Source: Candidatus Omnitrophota bacterium
GTDB taxonomy: Bacteria; Omnitrophota; Gorgyraeia; B26-G9
NCBI GenBank assembly: GCA_043814605.1
Contig: JBDRJV010000007.1
Coordinates: forward strand, 131,354 to 195,353
Direction of reading: 5' to 3'
DNA: 64,000 nt
Of the stretch, positions 51,982 to 61,174 are shown one piece after another. The notes under the pieces were generated by a model. The model saw only the letters and a list, made by a program, of their open reading frames with translations, did not search any database and was not told where the DNA came from. Each line of letters opens with the position of its first letter. The first letter of the stretch is position 1. A program made the translations under genes and the position numbers.

Positions 51982-52674
51982 CTATTTTATAATTTGCAGG
52001 CTAATATCATCAATATAGGTGATTGTGCCGAAATCACTGCTATTTAGCGTTATTTCTAATTGAATTGCCCTGGCGGATAGGGGTAATTGCTCGGAAAGCT
52101 CAACTTTTTCCCAATCCAATGCATTACATTTAAGGTCTTTAGAAATTAAAATTCTTCCGGCGCCGCTTTTTTCTAACAAGTTTATATAAATAACTGGGCC
52201 TGCTCCCTTATAATATAATTTCAGGTGCAGCTGGCTATTGGGTATTATTCCTAACCAGGTGGGATTATTTTCAAAACCCCAGGGCAGGTATTTTAAATTT
52301 GAAAAACCTTTATTTTTGCAAAAATATAATCGACAGGGCAGTTCAAGGGCAGAGATTTTCAAGCTCTGGAAGAAAGAAAAAAAATCATCTTTAGAAATTG
52401 AGAACTTATTTTTAGAATCAGGAGCTGCAAAATACGATAAGCCGTTTGAGAAATCAATTTTCAGAAAAGGATTTTTTTCAAAGTAATTTTCCTCGATATA
52501 ATCATCAACCTTTTGATTATAAATTATCCCTTTTTCGATAAAATCTTGCATGCCTTTTTTAGACAGAAGTTTTTTACTTGAGCTTGTGAGTTTACAATAA
52601 CTGAAGAAAAAAAATAAACATAGACAAAAGATGATAATATATAAATAGAATAAATTTTTTTTTAAATTTTTCAT
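51982..52674 (-). CDS. Hypothetical secreted protein (possible β-sandwich/CBM-like)
   Basis: 230 aa with an N-terminal signal/TM (LFYLYIIIFCLCLFFFF). The C-terminal half is aromatic-rich, as in carbohydrate-binding modules. No firm motif. Confidence 0.4.
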   Translation of the reverse strand: MKNLKKNLFYLYIIIFCLCLFFFFSYCKLTSSSKKLLSKKGMQDFIEKGIIYNQKVDDYIEENYFEKNPFLKIDFSNGLSYFAAPDSKNKFSISKDDFFSFFQSLKISALELPCRLYFCKNKGFSNLKYLPWGFENNPTWLGIIPNSQLHLKLYYKGAGPVIYINLLEKSGAGRILISKDLKCNALDWEKVELSEQLPLSARAIQLEITLNSSDFGTITYIDDISLQIIK

Positions 52675-52855
52675 ATTTGTAGAAAAGTTTATGCATAAAG
52701 TTTATAAATTTTAACTGAAAAAGTCAAATTATATAATTAATTTCTAAAATTGCCAAGATTTGCTAAAGATGTTAAGATAATAACCAAAATTAAAACATTA
52801 AAAATTTGCTTTTAAGTTTATAAAAACAATGGCGGAAGAAAAATAGAAGGAGAGG

Positions 52856-53275
52856 ATGATGGAGAAGAAAAGGTCAAGCGGAATAATTTTTTTTAGTTTG
52901 TTAAATCTTATATGCGGCTTATTAACTTTGTATTATGCTTTTAAATTTATTGCATATACAGGAGAAGATGAGCTTGTTTTTAATCAACTAGGAATTTTTA
53001 CTGCTATATTATGTCCACTTTTTTTTCTCGCTTCCTATCTCGCTTTTCGATTAAATAAAAAGGGAAGAATTATGAATTTATTATTTTCACCTGTGACTGC
53101 ATTTATGATATGGACACATATTCGTTTTATTATTCCTTGTATTGACCAAATTAGAATGCCTATGTATCTTTTTATCCCAATTCCCTATTATTTGTTCTTA
53201 ATTATTTGTACGGGGTGTATAATATATTATTTTAATCGTCCTAAAGTAAAAGCACAGTTTAACCCGGAGAAATAA
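52856..53275 (+). CDS. Hypothetical small membrane protein
   Basis: 139 aa with 4 predicted TM helices. Confidence 0.4.
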   Translation: MMEKKRSSGIIFFSLLNLICGLLTLYYAFKFIAYTGEDELVFNQLGIFTAILCPLFFLASYLAFRLNKKGRIMNLLFSPVTAFMIWTHIRFIIPCIDQIRMPMYLFIPIPYYLFLIICTGCIIYYFNRPKVKAQFNPEK

Positions 53276-53331
53276 AATGGCAGGGGGGAGATTTAAGTTA
53301 GAAAAGGGCTGTACCTGCTTTAATACTGTAG

Positions 53332-53465
53332 AATGTTAAATGTTTAATGTTTAATGTGTAAAGTAGCAAGTAGAGAGTAGAGAGAATATTGATTCTGGAT
53401 GCTGGATCCTTGATACTGGCTAAAGCTTTTACTAGTATCCAGATTCTAGGATAGAGGATCAGTTT
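53332..53465 (+). repeat. Intergenic cluster of heptamer-phased tandem repeats (AATGTTT x4, AGTAGAG x3-4, CTGGATN x3-4) followed by an imperfect inverted repeat
   Basis: aatgtta aatgttt aatgttt aatgtgt aaagtag caagtag agagtag agagaat attgatt ctggatg ctggatc cttgata ctgg…; then tactagtATCCAGAttctagg is the inverse of TCTGGAT. Confidence 0.75.
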
Positions 53466-53557
53466 TTTGTCGCTTGGTTTCAAAAGGGGATTACTTAAAA
53501 AAATAAAAAATTTGAAATTTTGAACAAATAACGTTATATTAATTAAGTGAATTTTTT

Positions 53558-53634
53558 GCCCCTGTAGCTCAGAAGGATAGAGCAACGGTTTCCTAAACCG
53601 TGTGCCGGACGTTCGATTCGTCTCAGGGGCACCA
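53558..53634 (+). tRNA. tRNA-Arg (anticodon CCT)
   Basis: 77-nt cloverleaf. The acceptor stem is GCCCCTG/CAGGGGC. The D arm is GCTC-AGAAGGATA-GAGC. The anticodon stem is ACGGT/ACCGT with loop TTCCTAA. The T arm is GGACG-TTCGATT-CGTCT and CCA is encoded. Confidence 0.85.
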
Positions 53635-53759
53635 TAACCTGCTAACGCAGGAAATTAGAAATGCTAAATTATAAATGACAAATGGTCAGGTATTATAAAT
53701 AACACAAATATTATTTCGCGAAAGCGATTAGCGTATAAATTAATAAAAGGGAAAGTTTT

Positions 53760-54410
53760 ATGATTGATTTGCATACACATTCAATATTAAGCGACGGGGC
53801 ATTATTGCCTTCTGAACTAGTGCGTCGGGCAGAAATTAAAGGCTATCGCGTTATGGCAATTACCGATCATGCAGATATATCTAATCTTGATTTTATTTTG
53901 CCGCGAATTATTCAATTTTGTCTGGATATTAAAAATAAAACAAAAATTAAGGTAATTCCAGGCGTAGAATTAACCCACATTCAGCCAGGAGATTTTAAAA
54001 CCATGGTTAAAAAAGCCAGGGAACTAGGAGCTGCAATTGTAATCGGGCACGGAGAAACAATTGTTGAACCAGTGGTCAAAGGAACAAATCGAGCGGCAAT
54101 TGAAGCGGGAGTTGATATTTTAGCACATCCCGGCATCATTGAAGAATCAGATGCAGAACTTGCGCTAAACCAGGGAGTGTTTTTAGAAATCAGTGCCCGG
54201 GCCGGGCATTGCCTGGGTAATGGGCATGTGGCAAAAACAGCTTTGAAAATTGGGACAAAATTGGTGATTAATACAGATTCACATATTCCGGAAAATTTAA
54301 TTACCCGCGAGCAAGCTAACTCTGTTTGCCAGGGGGCAGGACTTGATCCGGCATATATTGTTGAGCTGATTCAAAATACAGAGATTTTTATTGAGAAAAT
54401 ATGGAAGTAA
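53760..54410 (+). CDS. PHP domain phosphoesterase
   Basis: 216 aa with MIDLHTHSILSDG…MAITDHAD…GHGE…AHPG…NTDSH, the metal-binding His/Asp pattern of the PHP family. Confidence 0.7.
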   Translation: MIDLHTHSILSDGALLPSELVRRAEIKGYRVMAITDHADISNLDFILPRIIQFCLDIKNKTKIKVIPGVELTHIQPGDFKTMVKKARELGAAIVIGHGETIVEPVVKGTNRAAIEAGVDILAHPGIIEESDAELALNQGVFLEISARAGHCLGNGHVAKTALKIGTKLVINTDSHIPENLITREQANSVCQGAGLDPAYIVELIQNTEIFIEKIWK

Positions 54411-54525
54411 TATTATTATAAATAACAGGATAAGGGTAAATGCGGTTATTGATTATTTTATACTTTAGTGATAAAATAATCATGACATAAGGATAAGGAA
54501 AAAGAAGAAAACAAAGGAGTCTCTG

Positions 54526-54879
54526 ATGCCGGAAAAAAGACAAAACAAAAGAGCTTTAACCGCCTTATTTATTAGATTTACTGTGGATGATAATAATTCT
54601 ATCAGCTATAAAACATTTAGCCGGGATATGTGTGTTGATGGCATTTGTTTACTTTCGCCTAAACGTTTAAAATTGAATGATAATTTACAGTTAAATATTG
54701 ATATTCCCAATAATCCGGATATGACTTTAGCTGAAGGTAATGTGCGTTGGACATCGCAGAAATCAATGATCAATGAAGATGGTAAAGAGGTTTTTCCCGC
54801 CGGTGTTGCGTTTACTTATCTGGAAAGCCGGGATAAAGCTTTCTTGAGTGAATTTATTGGTAAAAAAGAAAAAGTTTGA
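54526..54879 (+). CDS. PilZ domain protein (putative c-di-GMP receptor)
   Basis: 117 aa. RQNKR (RxxxR) is followed after about 20 aa by DMCVDG, which resembles the D/NxSxxG motif of PilZ. Confidence 0.45.
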   Translation: MPEKRQNKRALTALFIRFTVDDNNSISYKTFSRDMCVDGICLLSPKRLKLNDNLQLNIDIPNNPDMTLAEGNVRWTSQKSMINEDGKEVFPAGVAFTYLESRDKAFLSEFIGKKEKV

Positions 54880-54974
54880 AGTTTTCACCAGCAACCTGTG
54901 GTTCCTAAAAAAATCTAAAAGTTCCGGCATTAAATCCAGCGTGATAATCCCTATCTGATTCATACAGGAGCAGA

Positions 54975-55376
54975 ATGAGAAAAATTGATTTAGCAGATGA
55001 TAATTTCTGTTTTGTTTGCGGTAAGAAGAATAAATATGGGTTAAGGATTGATTTCGAATTAACTCCGGATGAGAAATTAAAAGCAGAATTTACACCGGAA
55101 AAAATTCATCAGGGTTTTAAAGATATTGTACACGGGGGAATTATCGGCATGATTTTAGATGAGGCAATGGTCAATTTGCTTTGGAAATTAGGGATTACCG
55201 CAGTTACCGCAGATTTAAATCTGAGATTGGTAAAACCAGCGATTGTGAATAAAAAGCTATTTTTTGAAGCAAAAATTAAGGAAAAACAGAAAAAAATAAT
55301 AATAACTGAGGCAATATGTAAAAATGAAAAAGGACAAAAAATAGCACAGGCTAATGCTAAATGTTTAAAAGTATAA
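54975..55376 (+). CDS. Hotdog-fold (PaaI/4HBT-like) thioesterase with N-terminal Cys-rich segment
   Basis: 133 aa with DIVHGGIIGMILDEAMVNLL typical of PaaI-family thioesterases, preceded by C-x2-C (CFVCGKKNKYG). Confidence 0.55.
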   Translation: MRKIDLADDNFCFVCGKKNKYGLRIDFELTPDEKLKAEFTPEKIHQGFKDIVHGGIIGMILDEAMVNLLWKLGITAVTADLNLRLVKPAIVNKKLFFEAKIKEKQKKIIITEAICKNEKGQKIAQANAKCLKV

Positions 55377-55528
55377 AATTATAAAACATGCTGATTAATG
55401 TTAGGAACATATTTTAAATACAATAGTTAAGCATGTTTTATTTTTAACTTTTTTGCTTTACAAATCAAATTTTGATGATAAAATAGGCACTTGTGATATT
55501 ATTCCTTTTTTAATTAATAGTCAGGAGC

Positions 55529-58500
55529 TTGCCCGTGAAGAAAAATCGAGTAGTTAAGTATTATCTTAAAAAAGACGGAAATTTTGTTATAGAAAATTAT
55601 GATCTAGCTAAGCCGTTTGCCAGTTTTTTCCCCGGGATTGCCGGATTATTCGGGATACCCATGTGGGTATTTTATGTGAATCGAGGTCAAGGTATTGTAA
55701 GTTTTGGAACACAAAATAAAAAACATGCAATTCTTGAGTTTTTCCCGGCGAATCGTGCATGGCAATTTGTCAGCCGCCGCGGATTCCGTACTTTTCTAAA
55801 AATTAAAAAAGAAAATAAAACTCTTTACTATGAGCCGTTTCAGAATGATCTGTGCAGCGAACCCATGGATTTACAAAGAAGTATGATGATCAGTTCTGAG
55901 GCATTCAGTGTTTCAGAAATTAATCATAGCTTAGGTCTGCATATTCAGGCTGAATATAGTGTTTTAGGCGAGGAACCATTGGCTTGTATTACCCGGAAAT
56001 TAAGTGTAGAAAATATATCCGGCCGGAAATTAGAAATTAACATTTTAGATGGTTTGCCTCAGGTTGTACCTTACGGGGTAAATGATCGTTTTTTAAAAGA
56101 GCTTGGCCGGACAATTGAGGCCTGGATGCGGGTTGATTATGTGAGTAGTTTTAAAATTCCTTTTTATAAATTAGTGGTTGATCCTACGGATCGACCACAA
56201 GTAATATATATCCAGGGCGGGAATTTTTATTATAGTTATTCGCTGATAAATAAAAAAATTAAAAAAAATGATTTTATCGTTGATCCAGAATTAATTTTTG
56301 GAGCGGTTAATGATTTTAACTATCCCCAGGAATACTATCAAGCTGAATTTAAAATACCGCAAAATCAAATAACCTGCAGTAAAACTCCGGCAGCTTTTAG
56401 CCATAATAATTTTTTTCTTAATGACAAGCAAGCTGCGTCCATGATTACTTTTATGGGCTATGCCCAGAATGAGCAAATATTGCAGAAAATTATGGAAAAA
56501 GTGCAGGCGAAAAATTTTCTGGATAAAAAACAACAGGATTATAAAAAAACAATTGCCCAACTGCAAAGTAAAATTTTTACCGCCAGCGGCAATACAGCAT
56601 ATGATCTTTATGCCCAGCAAACATATCTCGACAATATTTTAAGGGGCGGATATCCTTTAACAATTAAACATAAAGATAAGTCTCATATTTTTCATGTATA
56701 CAGCCGTAAACATGGAGATTTAGAGCGTGATTATAATAATTTTTTGACGGAAGCAACTTATTTTTCGCAGGGAAATGGTAATTACCGGGATGTCAATCAG
56801 AACAGGAGAAATGATGTATGGTTTAATCCGGATGTCCGGGAGGAGAATGTCTTAACGTTTTTCAACTTGCTGCAGTTAGACGGATTTAATCCTTTAGTAG
56901 TTTTTGGAGACCGCTTTAAACTGCATCGGGAAAAAGATTTTAAAAAAATAAGAAATTTATTCAGCCGGGAAAAAGATTTTGAATGTATTATAGATTTTAT
57001 TAAAAAACAATTTACACCCGGGTGTTTGTTCTTTTTTATGGAACAAAATAATATTAAAATTAAAACATCAAAAATGAAATTCTTAAGTGAAATCCTGTCG
57101 TATTGTGATAAAAAACAAAATGCATTTCACGGTGAGGGATTTTGGGTAGATCATTGGACGTATAATATTGATGCATTAGATGCATACTTAGCAATTTATC
57201 CGGAAAAGCTCAAAGATTTATTATTAAGGAAAAAAGAGTTTGTTTTCTTTAATAATTTTGTTTCGGTTAAGCCGCGTGAAGAAAAATATGTTTTGTTTGA
57301 AGGTAATGCCCGGCAGTATCATGCAATCAGCGTGGAAGGGGCTGAAAATAGTTTTGATGATAATAATAATGCCAGTGATGATGATTGGGTGAGAACTAAC
57401 TACGGGAAAGGAAGTATTTATAAAACTAATTTAATGGTTAAGATCATTTGTTTAATTACAAATAAAATTGCATCTTTAGATGCTTTTGGCTGCGGGATTG
57501 ATATGGAGGCAAATAAACCGGGTTGGTATGATGCGTTAAATGGTTTACCCGGACTTTTTGGTTCTTCAGTTTGTGAAACAATGGAGTTAAAACGGCTAAT
57601 TAATTTTATTCAAGCGGCGATTGATCAATTATCTTTGCCCCCGGATGATACAATCTTTCTGCCGCAAGAACTCCATGAATTTTTATTAGGGGTTGATGAA
57701 ATTATTACGCATAATTTAAAAAGCTGCATACCCAATAAAGATTTGCTTTATTGGGACAAAACTTATTTGCTAAAAGAATCTTACCGCAAAAGTATTTATG
57801 GGGGATTAAGCGGGAATGAAAAGAAACTGGATATAGCTACTTTCGGGAAAATTTTAGTGAGAATGAATGAAAAACTTTTTCAGTCAATAGCTAAAACAAA
57901 AGACAAAAAAAGCGGTTTGCATCATACTTACTATATTAATGAAGTTGTTGATTATGAAAAAATTAAAGAACAGAATACAAAAGGTTTTAAAAAAAGTAAA
58001 GATGGTTTATTTTGTATCCGTCCTAAAAAATTCAAGCAAAACCCTTTACCTTTATTTTTAGAAGGGCAGGTGCATGCTTTACGTATTGCCCAGGAAAAAT
58101 CGGGTGTGAAAAAGCTTTACGCTGCTACTAAAAAAAGTGTGCTTTATGATAAAAAATTAAAAATGTATAAAGTGAATGCTCCTTTACATGATATGAGTGA
58201 AGAAATTGGGCGGGCGCGAATTTTTACCCCCGGCTGGTTAGAAAATGAATCAATTTGGCTGCATATGGAATATAAATTTATTTTAGAACTTTTAAGAAAC
58301 GGATTAAATGATGAGTTTTTTAATGAGTTTAAAAATATTTTAATTCCTTTTCAGCCGGCAGAACGTTATGGGCGAAGTATTTTAGAAAACTCCTCATTTT
58401 TAGTAAGCAGTGCTTTTCCGAACAGTAAATTACATGGCAATGGTTTTGTGGCGCGATTGAGCGGCTCAACCGCTGAATTCATCACGCTTTGGCTATGGAT

Positions 58501-58873
58501 GAATGTGGGGCAGCGGCCGTTTAAATTAGATGCCGAAGGTTCCTTATATTTAGAGTTTAAACCGGTTTTACCAGACTGGATGTTTACAAAAAATAAATCC
58601 AGAGTTGAATATTTATGTGTGAATGGAGAAAAAGTAAAATTAGATTTAGCGAAAAATACTTATGCCTTTAATTTTTTAGGTGATATTTTAGTAGTTTATT
58701 ATAATCCGAAAATGAAACATACTTACGGAGATAAAAGCGTTAAACCTAATCAGATTAAAATAACATTAAAGAATGCTCAGCAAATTGTGGTAAATTCTTC
58801 ACGTTTATCCCGAAAATATGCAGAATTGATTAGAAATAAACAAGTGAGACGAATAGATATTAAATTATTTTAG
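55529..58873 (+). CDS. Large hypothetical protein, possibly (α/α)6-barrel glycoside phosphorylase/hydrolase-like (GH94-like, tentative)
   Basis: 1114-aa ORF. The C-terminal region has GSTAEFITLWLWMNVGQRP, which resembles the GSAAW…G.RP block of GH94/GH65-type phosphorylases. The central PGWYDALNGLPG is loosely similar to the GDWND catalytic block. The N-terminal 250 aa are β-rich. The assignment is uncertain. Confidence 0.35.
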   Translation: MPVKKNRVVKYYLKKDGNFVIENYDLAKPFASFFPGIAGLFGIPMWVFYVNRGQGIVSFGTQNKKHAILEFFPANRAWQFVSRRGFRTFLKIKKENKTLYYEPFQNDLCSEPMDLQRSMMISSEAFSVSEINHSLGLHIQAEYSVLGEEPLACITRKLSVENISGRKLEINILDGLPQVVPYGVNDRFLKELGRTIEAWMRVDYVSSFKIPFYKLVVDPTDRPQVIYIQGGNFYYSYSLINKKIKKNDFIVDPELIFGAVNDFNYPQEYYQAEFKIPQNQITCSKTPAAFSHNNFFLNDKQAASMITFMGYAQNEQILQKIMEKVQAKNFLDKKQQDYKKTIAQLQSKIFTASGNTAYDLYAQQTYLDNILRGGYPLTIKHKDKSHIFHVYSRKHGDLERDYNNFLTEATYFSQGNGNYRDVNQNRRNDVWFNPDVREENVLTFFNLLQLDGFNPLVVFGDRFKLHREKDFKKIRNLFSREKDFECIIDFIKKQFTPGCLFFFMEQNNIKIKTSKMKFLSEILSYCDKKQNAFHGEGFWVDHWTYNIDALDAYLAIYPEKLKDLLLRKKEFVFFNNFVSVKPREEKYVLFEGNARQYHAISVEGAENSFDDNNNASDDDWVRTNYGKGSIYKTNLMVKIICLITNKIASLDAFGCGIDMEANKPGWYDALNGLPGLFGSSVCETMELKRLINFIQAAIDQLSLPPDDTIFLPQELHEFLLGVDEIITHNLKSCIPNKDLLYWDKTYLLKESYRKSIYGGLSGNEKKLDIATFGKILVRMNEKLFQSIAKTKDKKSGLHHTYYINEVVDYEKIKEQNTKGFKKSKDGLFCIRPKKFKQNPLPLFLEGQVHALRIAQEKSGVKKLYAATKKSVLYDKKLKMYKVNAPLHDMSEEIGRARIFTPGWLENESIWLHMEYKFILELLRNGLNDEFFNEFKNILIPFQPAERYGRSILENSSFLVSSAFPNSKLHGNGFVARLSGSTAEFITLWLWMNVGQRPFKLDAEGSLYLEFKPVLPDWMFTKNKSRVEYLCVNGEKVKLDLAKNTYAFNFLGDILVVYYNPKMKHTYGDKSVKPNQIKITLKNAQQIVVNSSRLSRKYAELIRNKQVRRIDIKLF

Positions 58874-58891
58874 ATCCAACTACCTTTTTGA

Positions 58892-59740
58892 TTAAAAATT
58901 GCGGATATATTCCTGGATTTCATGAATAATATAGTCTGGGGTAGAAGCGCCGGCGGCCATGCCGATTTTATTTTTATTTAAAAACCATTCCTTTTTTAAC
59001 CCCCGCTTAGAATTTATCCAAAAAGTGTACGGATTTATTGTTTTTGATAACTCATAAAGTCTTTTTGTATTCGCGGAGCTTTTTGCGCCAATAATAACCA
59101 TCATATCCTGTGTGTGCGCCATTTTTTCAATTTCCTTTTGTCTTTGCTTTGTGGGATAGCAAATCGTATTAATAAAAACAAAATTCGGTATAAATTTTTT
59201 TATTTTTTCTACAATTTTTTTTACGGTATCCAGGTTTTGTGTGGATTGGACCAGGACAACGGCGCGATTAATATTTTTGAATTTTGCACAGGGAATTTTT
59301 TTAGCCGGAGAAATAACTAAAGGATTAGTTTTTAAATTACCCTGAATGCCTTTTACTTCATCGTGCTGGCAATCGCCAATAATAATAATTTTATATTTTT
59401 TATTTTCGTATCTTTGGGCGATTGACTGAATTTCTTTAACCATGGGGCAGGTTGCATCAATTATTGTATAGCCTAATTTTTTGGCTTTTTTGTAAATATT
59501 TTTACCAGCACCGTGAGCACGAATAATTAAAATTTTAGCACCGGGTGTTTTTAATTCATTAATTTTTTTTATACCAGTTTTTTTTATCTCATTTACAACC
59601 CAGGGGTTATGGACAATGTCTCCCAGCATAAAAATCTGTTTTTTATTATTGTATTTTTTTGCTGTACTTTTGGCTAATTGAATCGCGCGGCGCACGCCAA
59701 AACAAAAACCTGTATTTTTTGCCAGTGTAATTTTTTTCAT
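58892..59740 (-). CDS. ispH: 4-hydroxy-3-methylbut-2-enyl diphosphate reductase
   Basis: 282 aa with ITLAKNTGFCFGVRRAIQLA and conserved Cys ligands (CFGV, ATCPMV, NTICYPT). Confidence 0.9.
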   Translation of the reverse strand: MKKITLAKNTGFCFGVRRAIQLAKSTAKKYNNKKQIFMLGDIVHNPWVVNEIKKTGIKKINELKTPGAKILIIRAHGAGKNIYKKAKKLGYTIIDATCPMVKEIQSIAQRYENKKYKIIIIGDCQHDEVKGIQGNLKTNPLVISPAKKIPCAKFKNINRAVVLVQSTQNLDTVKKIVEKIKKFIPNFVFINTICYPTKQRQKEIEKMAHTQDMMVIIGAKSSANTKRLYELSKTINPYTFWINSKRGLKKEWFLNKNKIGMAAGASTPDYIIHEIQEYIRNF

Positions 59741-59763
59741 AAGTTGCCCAGAACCGAAAATTT

Positions 59764-60804
59764 TTAAATTTTCATAAAAGATATTATAAACGAACTAAAT
59801 AATTGTTTAAACTTTTGATTTAGGTTTAAAGATTGCAGGATTATTTGGGCAGAGTTTAAAAGTTGCTGAATTTTTTTATCAGTTTTACTTTTTGCTTTAG
59901 TATTGATAATGATTTTTCTGATTTTTTCAAGGTCCGCAATTTTAAGATTCTGATTGCCCAAACAATTTTCTATAAATTTTTTTTCTAACGGGATTGCTGT
60001 CTGGTAAGCGAGAAAAAGCGGCAAAGTTTTTTTAGCTTCCCGAATATCACTTAACACGGATTTACCGATCTTTTTTGATTGCCCAAAGATCCCGATTAAA
60101 TCATCATGAATCTGGAATGCTTCCCCGAGGAGTTTGCCGTATCGGCTAATTTTCTCTATTTGAGTTTTTTTTGCCCCGGCAAAAATTGCACCGCAAACTA
60201 AAGGGGCTTTAAATGTATATTCGGCGGTTTTTAATAAATAATTTAAATGAATATCTTTTAACTTAATTTTTTTGATGGGTGTTAATCCGTTAGTAACGTC
60301 TTTATATTCTCCGATGCCGGTTAGAGCGGTAGCGGTTAAAAATTCATGCAACCCTCTTTGCTGGTAGTAATGATTCGATTTTGAATTTAAAAAAGCATCA
60401 ATGGCCATTGCATAAATAATATCTCCGGCAATAATCCCTAAATTTTTCCCTGTTTCTGCGGTTTGTTTAAGCAAACGCTGGATTACTTTATGTAAAGTAG
60501 GTTTGCCGCGGCGTGTGGAAGAATTATCGATAATATCATCATGAATTAATAAAAAATCGTGTAAAAGCTCAAAAGCAAGTGAAATTTTTAAAATATTTTT
60601 ATTTAAAACTGCTTTTTTAGAAAATGCTAAATAAGACAAAATAAATAAAATTGGTCTGACTCTTTTGCCGTCACGCATTATAAATTCACTGATCCAAGCG
60701 CTTAACAACGGATCAGTTTGAGAAATTTTATAATCGTAAATTTTCTTTTGGGTAAAGAGAAACAGTTCCTGATTAACTCTCTTTTTTAAATTTTTAATAT
60801 TCAT
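59764..60804 (-). CDS. Polyprenyl diphosphate synthase (IspA/GGPPS family)
   Basis: 346 aa. The first DDxxD is LLHDFLLIHDDIIDNSSTRRGKPTLH. The second is FQIHDDLIGIFG. Confidence 0.85.
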   Translation of the reverse strand: MNIKNLKKRVNQELFLFTQKKIYDYKISQTDPLLSAWISEFIMRDGKRVRPILFILSYLAFSKKAVLNKNILKISLAFELLHDFLLIHDDIIDNSSTRRGKPTLHKVIQRLLKQTAETGKNLGIIAGDIIYAMAIDAFLNSKSNHYYQQRGLHEFLTATALTGIGEYKDVTNGLTPIKKIKLKDIHLNYLLKTAEYTFKAPLVCGAIFAGAKKTQIEKISRYGKLLGEAFQIHDDLIGIFGQSKKIGKSVLSDIREAKKTLPLFLAYQTAIPLEKKFIENCLGNQNLKIADLEKIRKIIINTKAKSKTDKKIQQLLNSAQIILQSLNLNQKFKQLFSSFIISFMKI

Positions 60805-61174
60805 GCTTAATATGCTAGCATAGCCTGATACAAAAATAAATAAAAAATAAAAAGTTAATTTAAAAGCTGCTTTTTTTTGGCTTGCCTTATTTTAGTTTTA
60901 GTTGTAAAATTAGCCAGAGTTTTAAATGGAACCCTCACGGGCTAAAGCCCGAGGTTTCTGGGTTGGAATACTCAAGCGGTTTTAGTCCGCGGATGTATAA
61001 ATTTTGGACGGGGTTTTGACAAGTTTTGCTGAATAGGAGAATATTATTTTAAATCTGTTGCTGGCCACCGAAAAAAAATTGCTGGAGAATTACTTCATCC
61101 AGGGCAGGATAAATTCACGCAGATAACTTAAGGAGCAAAACGGCTTAAGTTAAGCATTCACGAAGGAGGGGAAA

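Noticed and set aside
53385-53425. tmRNA-like 5' motif (GATTCTGGAT…)
   Set aside because: Only a short resemblance to the tmRNA 5' acceptor region. There is no tRNA-Ala-like 3' end or tag reading frame nearby, and the segment is better explained as a CTGGATN heptamer repeat.
53332-53465. CRISPR array
   Set aside because: The repeats are 7 nt, contiguous, with no spacers and degenerate. This is not CRISPR architecture, and there are no cas genes in the window.
56291-56620. Antisense 109-aa and sense 60-aa ORFs inside the 1,114-aa gene, and other small antisense ORFs (e.g. 7017-7433, 16032-16412, 18913-19437, 33938-34312, 44853-45065)
   Set aside because: All lie wholly within longer, well-supported coding regions on the opposite strand or in another frame. 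Low-complexity translations typical of AT-rich antisense frames.
60805-61174. SRP (4.5S) RNA, RNase P RNA or tmRNA upstream of ybaB
   Set aside because: I could not find the SRP domain-IV GGAAGCAGC/GNRA signature, the RNase P P4 GGAAAGUCCGGGC motif, or tRNA-like tmRNA ends on either strand. The segment is kept only as an unassigned structured region.
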